Notes under the pieces: generated by a model
Database searches by the model: none
What the model was told of the DNA's origin: nothing
The model's input: only the letters and a program-made list of their open reading frames with translations
Source of the DNA: Chiloscyllium plagiosum
Taxonomy: Eukaryota
DNA length: 64,000 nt
Direction of reading: 5' to 3'
Assembly (NCBI RefSeq): GCF_004010195.1
Contig: NC_057749.1
Span: forward strand, 20,879,674-20,943,673
Made by a program: the position numbers and the translations under genes
Shown: positions 13,050 through 26,102 of the stretch, one piece after another
How the letters are laid out: each line of letters opens with the position of its first letter
Numbering within the stretch: the first letter of the stretch is position 1

Positions 13050-13965
13050 AGAATGGTTTCGTAGGATCCCTACATTGTGGAAGCAGGCCATTAGACTCAT
13101 TAAGTTCACACTGACTCTCCAAAGAGCATCCCATACAGACCCACCCACCTATCCCTGTAATCCTTGTTATGGACCAGGCCAGACTCCCTCAAACATATTA
13201 AGAAGGTACCCCATACCGTAACTTTTATTGTTTTTAAGGCACGTGGATAAGCCAGGAGTGATGCAGCTGGTCAAAACACTCAACTTTAAACAAAGCAGAA
13301 TTTATTTAAACATTACGGATGAAACACAAACAAAAGAAAAAAGACTTTAGAATAACTTATTTCAAAACCCACCCAATATGATACTGTGACTTAATGAAGC
13401 CGTTCCAATCCCCACAACATCTCATAAGCACACCCCTTGGCAAATGGTAAATTAAAATACAGGCAGGGAGAAGTTTCAGAGACAAAGTCCAGGCAAGAAA
13501 CATCTGTTGAAGCATGGAATGTCTTTTCACTGTGGCTGCTTCTCTAAGTCCCCAGCCGTTTTCTGACTGCCTGCTAAAACAAACCAAACTAGAGAAACCT
13601 GAATTAGGGGAAATGGCCACTCCCTGTCATTGTTCTAAGTAACCATTTCCAGACAAATTGGCACCTCTGACTTTACGATCCCTCTTGGGAAAAAAACAAG
13701 GACAACATAACCTTGTTAAAGGGATAGCGTCATCACTCCCTACAGTTCCCATGGCTAACCCACCTATCCCTGGACACTATAGGTCAATTTAGCATGGACA
13801 ATTCATTTAACCTGCACATATTTGGACTGTGGGAGGACACCAGGAAACACAACAGAAACTCAGACAGACACAGGCAGAATGTACAAACTCCACACAGACA
13901 GGGTGGAATCCAACCCACATCTCTGGCACTGTGAGGCAGCAATACTAACCACTGAGCCACCATGC
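13050..13965 (-). mobile_element. HE1 SINE split by a solo LTR
   Basis: Tail at 13050-13164; head and V-domain at 13738-13965. Confidence 0.85.
13165..13737 (-). mobile_element. Solo LTR (Gypsy-like)
   Basis: Starts TGTTAT, ends CATCACT; 4-bp TSD TCCT/CCCT; homologous to 33249-34036; AATAAA on the minus strand. Confidence 0.75.
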
Positions 13966-14630
13966 TACATATCTTTATTTTTATTTTATATCTTAAAATT
14001 AATTTTTGCAACAAGGAGACAATGCTCTGTTTTTATATCCATATTGGCATGTGTAGACTGTTTCCAATATGTTGCTTCCTCACCACACTATGCCAGGAGG
14101 CTGCCAGGAAGGTAAATTTCCCTCTAAAAGGATTTACCTGGAGAGTCAGCAGCCTCCATGTGCTGCGGCTGTGGGAACTGTGAGAATGAGGAACCGGGAG
14201 ATGCTGGGAAGTTAAGATTCCCTTTCATTTCAGAAGCACAACTGCACTTTGGGAAGGTGAGTGAGCTGATATATTTGGGCAGCATCCTTGGGAGTGCTTT
14301 TGCTAACGCTGTTGGGGAGGGTTTAAACAAATGTGTCAGGGGATGGGAACCAAATGAGGAGGAGGTTAGTGGACAGTAAGGAGTTAGTAACTAAAGCTCG
14401 AAAGGAACTACATAATGAAGTCAATGTGACGAAGGGTAAGAGTAGGCAGGGAGCAGATGATGAACACAAAGGAACAGGTGGTCTGAGGTGCATTTGTTTT
14501 AATGCGAGAAGTGTAATAGATAATGCAGAACTTAGGGCTTGGATTAGTACCTGGCTGTATGATGTTATTGCTATTACTGAGACTTAGATAAGGGAAGGCC
14601 ATGATTGGCAATTGAATATTCCAGGATATA

Positions 14631-14804
14631 CTGAGGAACATCGATTATCTGGCGTTCGATTAACCGAATTTCGTATTATCCGAACAAGATCACAAGGTCT
14701 CGATGCTTGACTAACCAAGTTAACCGGCACCCACTTATCTGGCATTCGATTAACCAAACAAAATACTCCCCATCCGTGTCCTTTCGATAATTGAGGTTCC
14801 TCTG
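14631..14804. mobile_element. Tc1/mariner (pogo/Tigger-like) MITE
   Basis: TIR CTGAGGAACATCGATTATC / GATAATTGAGGTTCCTCTG; TA duplication; removal restores CR1 PGYRCFR. Confidence 0.9.
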
Positions 14805-15324
14805 TAGATGCTTCAGGTGGGATAGAGATGGAGGTAAAAGGGGTGAGGAGTTGCATTACTGGTCAGAGAGGATATCACACCTGTCTTGAAGGAGGGTACT
14901 ATGGAGGACTCAGGCAGTGAGGCAATATGGGCAGAGCTCAGAAATAGGAAGGGTGCGGTAACAATGTTGGGGCTGTATGACAGACCTCCCAACAGCAAAC
15001 ATGAGACAGAGGTACAAATATGTAAACAGATTATGGAAAGATGTAGGAGCAATATGGCGGTGGTGATAGGAGATTTTAATTTTCCCAACATTAACAGAAT
15101 TTGTAAGGAGCATCCAGGAGGGTTTCCTAGAGCAGTATGTAAATAGTCCAACTTGGGAAGGGGCCATACTGGATCTGGTGTTGGGGAATGAGCCCAGCCA
15201 GGTGGTTGCAGTTTCAGTAGGGAATTACTTTCAGAATAGTGATCACAATTTCGTAAGTTTTAGAATACTCATGGACAAAGACAAGAGTGGTCTGAAAGGA
15301 AGAGCTGAATTGGGGGAAGACTGT

Positions 15325-15645
15325 GGGCGGTACGGTGGCACAGTGGTTAGCACTGCTGCCTCACAGCACCAGAGACCCGGGTTCAATTCCCACCTCAGGC
15401 GACTCTCTGTGTGGAGTTTGCACATTCTCCCCATGTCTGCGTGGGTTTCCTCCGGGTGCTCCGGTTTCCTCCCACAATCCAAAAATGTGCAGGTTAGGTG
15501 AATTGGCCATGCTAAATTGCCCGTAGTGTTAGGTGAAGGAGTAAATGTAGGAGAATGGGTCTGGGTGGGTTGCGCTTCGGCGGGTCGGTGTGGATTTGTT
15601 GGGCCGAAGGGCCTGTTTCCACACTGTAAGTAATCTAATCTAATC
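15325..15645 (+). mobile_element. HE1 SINE, young full-length
   Basis: Complete A/B box head, V-domain and (TAATC)3 tail. Confidence 0.95.
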
Positions 15646-18600
15646 AAGCCATTTATAGCAAAATTCGGCAGGAGCTCGGGAATGTGGATTGGGAGCAGCT
15701 GTTTGAAGGTAATTCCACATTTGATATGTGGGAGGCATTTAAAGAGAGGTGGGTTAGAGTGCATGACAGATACGTCCCTGTGAAAATGAGGGATAGAAAT
15801 GGCAAGATTAGGGAACCATGGATGACAGGTGAAATTGTGAGTCTAACAAAGAGGAAAAGGAAGCTTGCATAAGGTCCAGGCGACTGAAAACAGATGAAGC
15901 TTTGGAAGAATATTGGGAAGGGAGGACCAATCTGAAACGAGCAATTAAGAGAGCTAAAAGGAGTCATGAAATATCTTGAGCAAACAGGGTTAAGGAAAAT
16001 CCCAAAACCTTTTATTTGTATATAAGGAACAAGAGGGTGACTAGAGAAAGTGTTGGCTCACTCAAGAACAAAGGAGGACAGTTATGCGTGGAGTCAGAGA
16101 AAATGGGTGAGACTCTTAATGAATACTTTGCATCGGTATTCACCCAGGAGAGGGACATGACAGATGTTGAAGTTAGGGATAGATGTTTGATTACTTTTGG
16201 TCAACTTGGCATTAGGAGGGAGGAAGTGTTAGTTATTTTAAAAGGTATTAGGGTGGACTGGTCCCTAGGTCTGGATGGGATCTGTCCTAGGTTACTGAGG
16301 GAAGCGAGAGAGGAAATAGCTGGGACATTAACAGATATCTTTGCAGCATCCTTGAACACGGGTGAGGTCCCAGAGGACTGGAGAATTGCTGTTGTTGTCC
16401 CCTTAGGTAAGATGGATAATCCAGGTAATTACAGACCAGTGAGCCTGACATCAGTGATAGGAAAGCTGCTGGAGAAGATATTGAGGGATAGGATCTATTT
16501 ACATTTGGAAGAAAATGGGCTTATCAGCAATAGGCTGCATGGTTTTGTGCAGGGAAGGTCATGTCTTACCAACTTAATAGAATTCTTTGAGGAACTTACA
16601 AAGTTGATTGAAGAGGAAAGGGCTGTAGATGTCATATACATGGAGTTCAGTAAGGCGTTTGATAAGGTTCCCCATGATAGGCTGATGTGAAGTTGTATGG
16701 GATCTAGGGTGTACTAGCCAGATAGATGGAGGACTGGCTGGGCAACAGGCGACAGAGAGTTGTAGTGGAAGGGAGTTCTCAAAATGGAGACCTGTGACCA
16801 GTGGTGTTCCACAGGGATCTGTGCTGGGACCACTGTTGTTTGTGGTATTCATAAATGATCTGGAGGAAGGTATAGGTGGTCTGATTAGCAAGTTTGCAGA
16901 TGACACTAAGATTGGTGGAGTAGCAGATAGTGAAGGGGACTGTCAGAGAATTTGTTCCCTGAAGGTGGCAACACAGGTTAATAGAGTGGTCAAGAAGGCA
17001 TACAGCATGCTTTCCTTCATTGGACTGTGTATTGAGTACAAGAGTTGTGTTGGCAGGTCATGTAAAGTTGTATAGGATTTCGGTTCGGCCACATTTGGAA
17101 TACTGCGTACAGTTCTGTTCGCCACATTACCAAAAGAATGTGGACGCTTTAGAGAGGGTGCAGAGGAGGTTTACGAGGATGTTGCCTGGTATGGAAGATG
17201 CAAGATATGAGAAGAGGTTGAGTAGATTAGGATTATTTTCATTAAAAAGATGGAGGTTGAGGGGGGACCTGATTGAGATCTATAAAATCAAGAAAGGTAT
17301 AGACAGGGTGGATAGTAAGAACCTTTTTCCCAGAGTGGAGGACTCACTTACTAGGGGTCATGAGTTCAAGGTGAGAGGGGAAAAGTTTAAGGAAGATATG
17401 TATGGAAAGTTCTTTATGCAGAGGGTGCTGGGTGCCTGGAATGCGTTGCCAGCGGAGGTGGTAGAGGCGGGCATGATACTGTCATTTAACATGTATATAG
17501 ACAGCTACATGAATGGGCAGGGAGCAGAGGGATACAGATTCTTAGAAAATAGGCAACATGTTTAGATAGAGGATCTGGATCGGCGCTGGCTTGGAGGGCC
17601 GAAGGGCCTGTTCCTGTGCTGTCATCTTCTTTCTTCTATATACACTGTATTTGATTTAAAGCCACATGCGCCAAAGGTACAGCCTCCTTTCAGGTTTCCT
17701 TGAGAAGACATTCGTCACCATCAGATCATATTTTGGTGACAATACAGCATCAGTACCTTACAAAAATCTCCATGCAGCAAATTCTCCACCTCTTCCAGAT
17801 TGTCAGAGATGATTAGTGTTCACGAGGGAGAAAAGTCAGATCATGCACCAAGTGAGAATATATCAGATATTTCCTTCCTTTTAGCTGAGAATGAATCTTT
17901 TACCTTGGAGAAGAACCTAATAAGGTTAGAAAAGTAACTGAAATACTGTATGAGATAATAGAATTCAAAGAGATACATACGCTGGAGTTAAGCTAAACTG
18001 GTGCTGCCATGGACAATCAGAAGCTCAAGATTGCTCCTAGCAGGCACTTAGCGGTACTGCAGCTAATTGTCTTATGAATCAATTAGGACGGACTTGCATT
18101 CATTGAGTGTGATATCGCCTCTCAGAAACTTTACAAAATGTTTCACAGACAAAATCACTGCTTTTGAACTGGATGATGTTTTATGCAGTCTAAAACAGCC
18201 AGACTATCTGAACATAGCATTGTGTAAAGTCATAGAAACATGTGGTCAAATATATGACCAGTTGATTTGTTTTTGCCAGGAGCACCAGCACCTGCAAGTT
18301 CCCCTCCAAACGACACACCATCCTGACTTGGAACTCGGTCACTGTTCCTTCAGAGTCACTCTGTCAAAATCCTGGAACTCCCCCCAATAGCATTATGGGT
18401 CTATCTGCCCCATTATGATCCGCTGCGTTTCAAGAAGGGTGGAAATGCTGTAAAATGGGATGAGATAGTTAGACGGTTGTTTTTAACCAACAGGGATGTG
18501 ATGAGCTGAAGGACCTTTTGTGCTGTAGATCTCGATGACTATAAGGTGGGTCACCACCTTCTCAAGGGCAATTAGGGATGGACATTTAATGCTGGCCTAG

Positions 18601-19647
18601 CCAGCAATGCCCATATCCCATGATAGAATTAAACAAAAGCATTGTTTGAGGGAGGGATATTAACACACATTGTGGAATATTAAGGTTCCAGAATTTAAAA
18701 GGATGTCGTTATCTGGGATTTCTCAGCATGTATTTTGTTCTTTGTAATACAGTATTAGTAATAGTTGCATGACTTTTATTGATTGCTCATAATAATTGGA
18801 ATTTGCACTGCTCCGAGTGTATCTGCAGGATCGGAACTGACCACAGAAAGAGTTAATGGGCTTGTCGAAACAGGAGGGAGAGACTGAAAGAATTCCTCCT
18901 GATCAGTAATTGTAGCAAAGGCATTTCAGTGTTGATTTATGACATCTTTCAGTGTCCCTGTTTAAATGTACTTGCTCAAGATCTATATCTGGATACAAGT
19001 TGAGTACTATCATTACCACATTATCGCTGTCATTATGGGAGCAGCACTGTCATTACTTCTCAGGCACAATGTCAGAATACTTTGCTGCTAAAGGCAACCA
19101 GTTTAGCAACAGAAATTCTGTAGAGCATTTCATTAAACAGCACATATTGTCTTTTTCTCCAACTGTCTGTACAAATTTCTACTTCAGTGTTTTTTATAAC
19201 TTTGCACCAATCTGTTTGCTCACTTGCATCTTTTTTATTTAAGTTGGTCATCGACAAGACCCCAACTTGATAATCCTTGTCACAATCCACTACCAAGAAA
19301 AGAATGAGAAAATAATTCCATCTCCCTTTGTCATGGAGTGGTTGCAACATAACAGGAACCTTTGGTGGCAATCTAAATCTAGCTCAGGTCAGAGACACTA
19401 AACCTGGAGATTATTGGGTGGCTTTTGGAGGTTGTGCTAGCATTCTTGGTCTCAATGTACTGAATAGCCTTTGTCACCGATACCCATGCTGTGAAATATT
19501 ATTTCAAGGCTCAGAAAGACACTGTTTGTGGTTTTCAATCTTAGTTGAGATCCTTGATGATGTGACACTTTCCTACTACACACATGGATCTAATTGCAAA
19601 AGGGGTATAAATGAGGGAGTCAGTCAAAATATTGGAGTTTGTAAATA

Positions 19648-19964
19648 ATTAGATTAGATTAGATTACAGTGTGGAAACAGGCCCTTCGACCCAACAAGTC
19701 CACACTGACCCGCCGAAGCGCAACCCACCCGTACCCCTACATTTACCCCTTACCTAACACTACGGGCAATTTAGCATGGCCAATTCACCTGACCTGCACA
19801 TCTTTGGACTGTGGGAGGAAACCGGAGCACCCGGAGGAAACCCACGCAGACACATGGGGAGAACGTGCAAACTCCACACAGTCAGTCGCCCTGAGGTGGG
19901 AATTGAACCCGGGTCTCTGGCGCTGTGAGGCAACAGTGCTAACCACTGTGCCACCGTGCCGCCC
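19648..19964 (-). mobile_element. HE1 SINE, young full-length
   Basis: Near identical to 15325-15645 in reverse. Confidence 0.95.
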
Positions 19965-20135
19965 ACAAACTGATTTTCATACATGTCTCTCACAGAAGCC
20001 ATTCTCAGTTTGAACATGACATCATTAAGATAGCTTGTGCACCATCTTCAATTACAGAAAAATCAACAGCAATTTGGCATACTTCCAGATACCATTGCCT
20101 CGCTCACTGGAAGTGTTTAACACCCTCAATTTACA

Positions 20136-21638
20136 GGAGAAAGTGAGGACTGCAGATGCTGGAGATCAGAGCTGAAAAATGTGTTGCTGGAAAAGCGCAG
20201 CAGGTCAGGCAGCATCTAAGGAGCAGGAGAATCCACGTTTTGGGCATAAGCTCTTCATCAGGAATGAGAAAGGTGTGCCAAGCAGGCTAAGATAAAAGGT
20301 AGGGAGGGGGGACTTGGGGGAGGGACGTTGGAAAGGCGATAGGTGGAAAGAGGTCAAGGTGAGGCTGATAGGCCGGAGTGGGGGTGGGGGCGGAGAGGTC
20401 AGGAAGAAGATTGCAGGTTAAGAAGGCGGTGCTGAGTTTGAGGGATTTGACTGAGACAAGGTGGGGGGAGGGGAAATGAGGAAACTGGAGAAATCTGAGT
20501 TCATNNNNNNNNNNNNNNNNNNNNNNNNNNNNNNNNNNNNNNNNNNNNNNNNNNNNNNNNNNNNNNNNNNNNNNNNNNNNNNNNNNNNNNNNNNNNNNNN
20601 NNNNNNNNNNNNNNNNNNNNNNNNNNNNNNNNNNNNNNNNNNNNNNNNNNNNNNNNNNNNNNNNNNNNNNNNNNNNNNNNNNNNNNNNNNNNNNNNNNNN
20701 NNNNNNNNNNNNNNNNNNNNNNNNNNNNNNNNNNNNNNNNNNNNNNNNNNNNNNNNNNNNNNNNNNNNNNNNNNNNNNNNNNNNNNNNNNNNNNNNNNNN
20801 NNNNNNNNNNNNNNNNNNNNNNNNNNNNNNNNNNNNNNNNNNNNNNNNNNNNNNNNNNNNNNNNNNNNNNNNNNNNNNNNNNNNNNNNNNNNNNNNNNNN
20901 NNNNNNNNNNNNNNNNNNNNNNNNNNNNNNNNNNNNNNNNNNNNNNNNNNNNNNNNNNNNNNNNNNNNNNNNNNNNNNNNNNNNNNNNNNNNNNNNNNNN
21001 NNNNNNNNNNNNNNNNNNNNNNNNNNNNNNNNNNNNNNNNNNNNNNNNNNNNNNNNNNNNNNNNNNNNNNNNNNNNNNNNNNNNNNNNNNNNNNNNNNNN
21101 NNNNNNNNNNNNNNNNNNNNNNNNNNNNNNNNNNNNNNNNNNNNNNNNNNNNNNNNNNNNNNNNNNNNNNNNNNNNNNNNNNNNNNNNNNNNNNNNNNNN
21201 NNNNNNNNNNNNNNNNNNNNNNNNNNNNNNNNNNNNNNNNNNNNNNNNNNNNNNNNNNNNNNNNNNNNNNNNNNNNNNNNNNNNNNNNNNNNNNNNNNNN
21301 NNNNNNNNNNNNNNNNNNNNNNNNNNNNNNNNNNNNNNNNNNNNNNNNNNNNNNNNNNNNNNNNNNNNNNNNNNNNNNNNNNNNNNNNNNNNNNNNNNNN
21401 NNNNNNNNNNNNNNNNNNNNNNNNNNNNNNNNNNNNNNNNNNNNNNNNTCACCTTGACCTCCCTCCACCTATCGCATTCCTAACGCCCCTCCCCCAAGTC
21501 CCTCCTCCATACCTTTTATCTTAGCCTGCTTGGCACACCTTCCTCATTCCTGATGAAGGGCTCATGCCCGAAGCGTCGATTCTCCTGTTCCTTGGATGTT
21601 GCCTGACCTGCTGCGCTTTTCCAGCAACACATTTTTCA
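20136..21638. mobile_element. Neptune-family Penelope insertion with inverted pLTR arms; centre is an N gap
   Basis: 14-bp TSD ACCCTCAATTTACA (20122-20135 / 21639-21652); arms are reverse complements; mutated hammerhead motifs near 20235-20262 (-) and 21550-21577 (+). Confidence 0.9.
20505..21448. other. Assembly gap (N run)
   Basis: Run of n. Confidence 1.
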
Positions 21639-21789
21639 ACCCTCAATTTACAACCTGTCTCACTGTTTAATTGCCTCTTATCCAATACGAAAAATGAGAA
21701 CGTATCACCCACCTCTTCTTCTTGAATCATGTGTTGATGCCTTTAAAGAAGGATTTATTCATGTGCAGCTCGTAAAGAAAGAATGAGAG

Positions 21790-22730
21790 TTTTGCATTTA
21801 CATAGCACCTTAAACGGTTTCAAAGAACTTTATACCCAAGTTGAAGTTGTAATATTAAAATCATGGCAGCCAATTTTGCTCAGTGCAAGGTCCCAAAATT
21901 GCAATGCTTAGATATTCAGATAGCCTGTATCTTTGTAATATTGGTTGATCGATTGTTATCGATCCCCCATTTGGCCAGGTACCAGGGGAAACTCCCCTGC
22001 TCTCTTGTGAAATAGCATCGTAGGACCTTTTATGTTATAGAGTCATAGAATCATAGAGATGTACAGCACAGAATAAGACCCTTCGGTCCAACTCATCCAT
22101 GCCAGCCAGATATCTTAAATTAATCTAGTCCCATTTGCCAGCATTTGGCCCAGATCCGTCTAAACCCTTCCTATTCATATACCCATCCAGGTGTCTTTGA
22201 AATGTTGTAATTATACCAGCCTCCAACACTTCCTGTGACATCTCATTCCATACATACACCACCCAGTGCACGAAAACATTGCCCCTTAGGTCCCTTTTAA
22301 ATCTTTTCCCTCTCACTCTAAATCTATGTCCTCAACTTCTGGACTTGCCCACGTCAGAGAAAAGACTTTGTCTATTTACCCTATCCATGCCTCTCATGAT
22401 TTCATAAACCTCTACAAGGTCACCCGTCAGCCTCCGATGCTCCAGGGAAAACAGCCCCAGCCTGTTCAGCCTCTCTCTATAGCTCAAATCCTCCAACGTC
22501 CTTGTAAATCTTTTCTGAACACTTTTAGGTTTCACAACATCCTTCCGTAGGAGGGAGACCAGAACTGCACGTTCTGGAGAAGGAAGAGCCAGGGCCATGG
22601 TCTGACACTTCATCAGAAAGCCACACTGCAGACCCTTTTAGGATCACATCCACCAAGCTCTGGACAAGGATTTGAACTGATCGTCTGCTGTCACAGTTAT
22701 AAGCAAGTGTGCACAGTGAGCCATAGCTGA
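21790..22730 (-). mobile_element. DeuSINE remnant split by a CR1 3' fragment
   Basis: TTGCATTTACATAGCACC tail; GGCCAGG...GGGAAACTCCCCTGCTCT domain; resumes at about 22575. Confidence 0.6.
22037..22575 (-). mobile_element. CR1 LINE 3' fragment
   Basis: SYRERLNRLGLFSLEHRRLTGDL; (CTATGA)-type tail. Confidence 0.9.
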
Positions 22731-22864
22731 CACTAATGTAATTCTGGAGTTTGCTCTAAACTGTGCTGTCTTACCCATTAAGAATTAACAAGCCGAACAA
22801 GTGTGGAGCCACAACTCAAAAACAGTAAGTATTTTGATACGGAGGGGTGAATGTTCTCATTTCA

Positions 22865-23185
22865 TCTCGCTGCCTCACAGTGCTATGACTGGGTTCAGCG
22901 CCAGACTTGGGTGATTGTGTCGAGCTTGCACATTTTCCCTGTGCCTGTGTGGGTTTCCACTGGGTGCTCCGGTTGCCTCCTTCTATCCAAACAAGTGCGG
23001 GTTAGATGGATTGGTCATGCTAAATTGCCCCATAGTATCCAGAGATGTGCAGGCGAGGTGAATTAGCCATGGGAGATGCAGGGTTACAGGGATAGGGTAG
23101 GGGGGAGTGGGTCTGGGCAGGGTGTTCTTTGGTGTAGTCTTGATGGGCTGAATGGTCTCTTTCTGCGCTGTAGGGATTCTCTGAT
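22865..23185 (+). mobile_element. HE1 SINE, diverged
   Basis: GCTGCCTCACAG head remnant, V-domain and tail. Confidence 0.8.
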
Positions 23186-23589
23186 TCATCACCTCATTAA
23201 TTATGTATTCGGGCTCTTCATCCTTCCTGTTGGGAATCACACGGAAGGTAAGATGGAAAGTGTTCGCCATCTACTGGAAGCTCCATGTGATATAAATGGT
23301 TCTGTCTCACCGACCGCTGCTAATGGTCAGTAGGACTGTAACATGTGGATGCTCGAAAATGGGATCAGCTGAAGGTATTAAACATACAAACAGATGGATT
23401 TATTCAGCAACGCAATACGTCAAAGACTTCCAACATCACCAGGTCCTTCACACTAAGTAGGGTCTGCTTGTCGTATTTATCAATATTAAGTGAATCAATT
23501 AAAGGAAGTCCAAATGCAGCTCCTTCATCTTCCAGCCAGTTTCCATTTGCTTCTGTTTGGGTCAATGATGCATTGGTCTGTCACGCCCT

Positions 23590-24570
23590 CCTGATTCTCA
23601 TTCTCATCCTCATTTTCATCCTCAGAAGCTTGTTATCAATCCCCTATTTGCTCTGTCCCAGGGGGTCCTGCTTATGTTGGTTTCAGTGGTGAAGGTCATT
23701 GTGAGCTGCAGTTCTGCCTTGGGTGATATTGTGAGGTGCCCAGGCATCAAAGACTTACCTTAAAGATATGGTCTATTCCGCTGCGACCCTAGTATGAACA
23801 TGAACAGTGATATGCCTCCATTCTGTCCCAGTCTGAGGCTTTCTGAAAGATGACATTAGCCATGTCTGGAGGAGGAGGGTGGTTAGACACCCAAAAACCA
23901 TCCCTCTGGTATCCAAGGTCCATGGAAGGTTGCAGGAACCTGTGAGCTTTCTGGTATGTACACTTCAGGGCAATTCCCAGGATATATAGCACAGACCTCC
24001 AAAATCTAACAGCGTAACAGGTCACATGTAATGTGAACACTGATGGAGTGTTGACGAATGCTGCAGGATGGTGATAGAGAGCTCACAAAGCAACACGAGC
24101 CCAGCCTCTAGCATCATGTCCCTGGGAGAAGCCAGCAAGGGTTGGGAGTCCCTCTGCACAAGGTACATGACCCGCCTCATCATGGTGGAAAAGACATGGA
24201 CAGCTGGGATCTGGTGGCAGTAGTGACATCCTGGATGCCTTAGCATGTTGAGGTTTGGAAGGTGCCATACACATTGCCAGTGGGAACAGGGGACTGAGTT
24301 AGATGATTAACCATGATCATATTACATTGGGCAACAGGCTCAATGGGCCAAATGGTCTACTCCTGCTCCGAGCATCTACGTTTTGTTGAGCTGCTGGCAT
24401 AAAAGTTCAGGGCAGCTCTGACCTTGATGGGATGGGAGGGTCTCACAGTCCTTCTGAGGGCAAATGACATAGATTTACGATAATACCCGGGACATCTTTA
24501 ATCTCTGCCTGTCTTTCCAAGATCTGGAGAAAGTGACAGTGAAGACTGTAAATGGGGGGGTTGCGTTATC
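23590..24570 (-). pseudogene. Fossil PIF/Harbinger DDE transposase, interrupted by a CR1 tail at about 24282-24385
   Basis: Reverse strand, collinear with stops and frameshifts: RQRLKMSR, PIKVRAALNFYASS, AGFSQG..VAL, HSISVHITCD, EVCAIYPGNC, GWFLG, TWLMS.FRKPQT, HTR, acidic tail. Confidence 0.85.
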
Positions 24571-25435
24571 CTTCATCACATGTTCAGTGATCTCCACCTA
24601 CTGTTTCTCCCTCCATGGCCTGGGTGTTAGCCCCTGGAGGTTGTTGTACTTGCTGGGTTTACTGATAATTATGTAATTGCTCTCCCCCTCAAGGTTGTCA
24701 TTGTATTTGAAAAAAGTACAAAAATTCTAGCCTTAGCCACTTCCAGACAGCTGCAAGGTCTCTTTGTTCAGCAACACTCCCTAGTACCTTACCATTAAGT
24801 GTATAAGTCCTGCTAAGATTTGTTTTCCCAAAATGCAGCACCTTGCATTTATCTAAATTAAACTCCATCTGTCACTTCTCAGCCCATTGGCCCATCTGAT
24901 CAAGTTCCTGTTGTAATCTGAGGTAACCTTCTTCACTGGCAACTACACCTCCAATTTTGGTGTCATCTGCAAACTTATTAACTATACCTCTTATGCTCAC
25001 ATCCAAATCATTTATATAAATGACGAAAAGTAGAGGATCCAACACTGATCCTGTGGCACTCCACTGGTCACAGGCCTCCAGTCTGAAAAACAACCCTCCA
25101 CCACCACCCTCTGTCTTCTACTTTGAGCCATTTCTGTATCCAAATGGCTAGTTCTCCCTGTATTTCATGAGATCTAACCTTGCTAACCAGTCTCCCATGG
25201 GGAACCTTGTTGAACGCCTTACTGAAATCCATATAGATCACATCTACCGCTCTTCCCTCATCAATCCTCTTTGTTACTTCTTCAAAGAACTCAATCAAGT
25301 TTGTAAGACATGATTTTTGATGCACAAAGCCATGTTGACTATCCCTAATCAGTCCTTGCTTTTAAATACATGTACATCCTGTCCCTCAGGATTCCCTCTA
25401 ACAATTTGCCCACCACCGATGTCAGGCTCACTGGT

Positions 25436-26102
25436 TAGCGAGCATTGAGAAGATTTGTTGCACAGGTTGAGGTTCTGGATGTAGATTTGCTCGCTGAGCT
25501 GGAAGGTTCATTTTCAAATGTTTCATCGCCATACTAGGTAACATCTTCAGTGAGCCTCTGGACGAAGCACTGCTTTCTATTTATATGTTTGGGTTTCTTT
25601 GGGTTGGTGATGGCCTTTCCTGTGGTGATGTCATTTCCTATGGTGATGACATTTCCTGTTCTTTTTCTCTGGGAGTAGTAAATCGGGTCCAAGTCAATGT
25701 GTTTGTTGAGAGAGTTCCGGCTGGAATGCCATGCTTCTAGGAATTCTCGTGTGTGTCTCTGTTTGGCTTGTTCTAGGATGGGTGTGTTGTCCCAGTAGAA
25801 CAAAAAAGAACTAGCCACCAGGATACATGAACATCAACTAGCCACAAAACGACATGACCCTCTTTCACTATTATGAGGAAGGACACCACTTCGACTGGGA
25901 CAACCAGAACTCTATCAACAAACACATTAACGTGGACCCGATTTTGGAATCGACACCACTAACCCAAAGAAACCCAAAGCATGTAAATAGAAAGCAGGAA
26001 TCATCAGTAGTGCTTTGTCTGGAGGCTCACTGAACATGTTGCCTAGTATGGTGACAAAACATCTGAAAATGAACCTTCCAGTTCAGTGAGCAAGCCTACA
26101 TC
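25436..26102. mobile_element. Penelope/Poseidon-type insertion with inverted arm
   Basis: WDNTPILEQAKQRHTREFLEAW; 13-bp TSD CAGGCTCACTGGT (25423-25435 / 26103-26115); decayed hammerhead motif in each arm. Confidence 0.93.

Larger units (their letters stand above)
14280..17638 (+). mobile_element. CR1 LINE spanning ORF1 end, most of ORF2 and the 3' UTR; stops, frameshifts and deletions
   Basis: [56 protein letters not shown]. Confidence 0.97.

Noticed and set aside
14096..14158. Imperfect hairpin GGAGGCTGC..AGGTAAAT / ATTTACCT..GCAGCCTCC
   Set aside because: Short, single copy, with no family features I can support.
15325..15400. tRNA-like A and B boxes
   Set aside because: SINE head continuing into the V-domain and LINE tail; not a tRNA gene.
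15243..15764. Recurrent ORFs with CGRKPEHPEETHADTGRMCKLHT
   Set aside because: Antisense translation of HE1 SINE copies, not a protein family.
20287..21483. Long ORFs of 340-393 aa
   Set aside because: Artefacts of the N gap, which sits at the centre of an inverted repeat.
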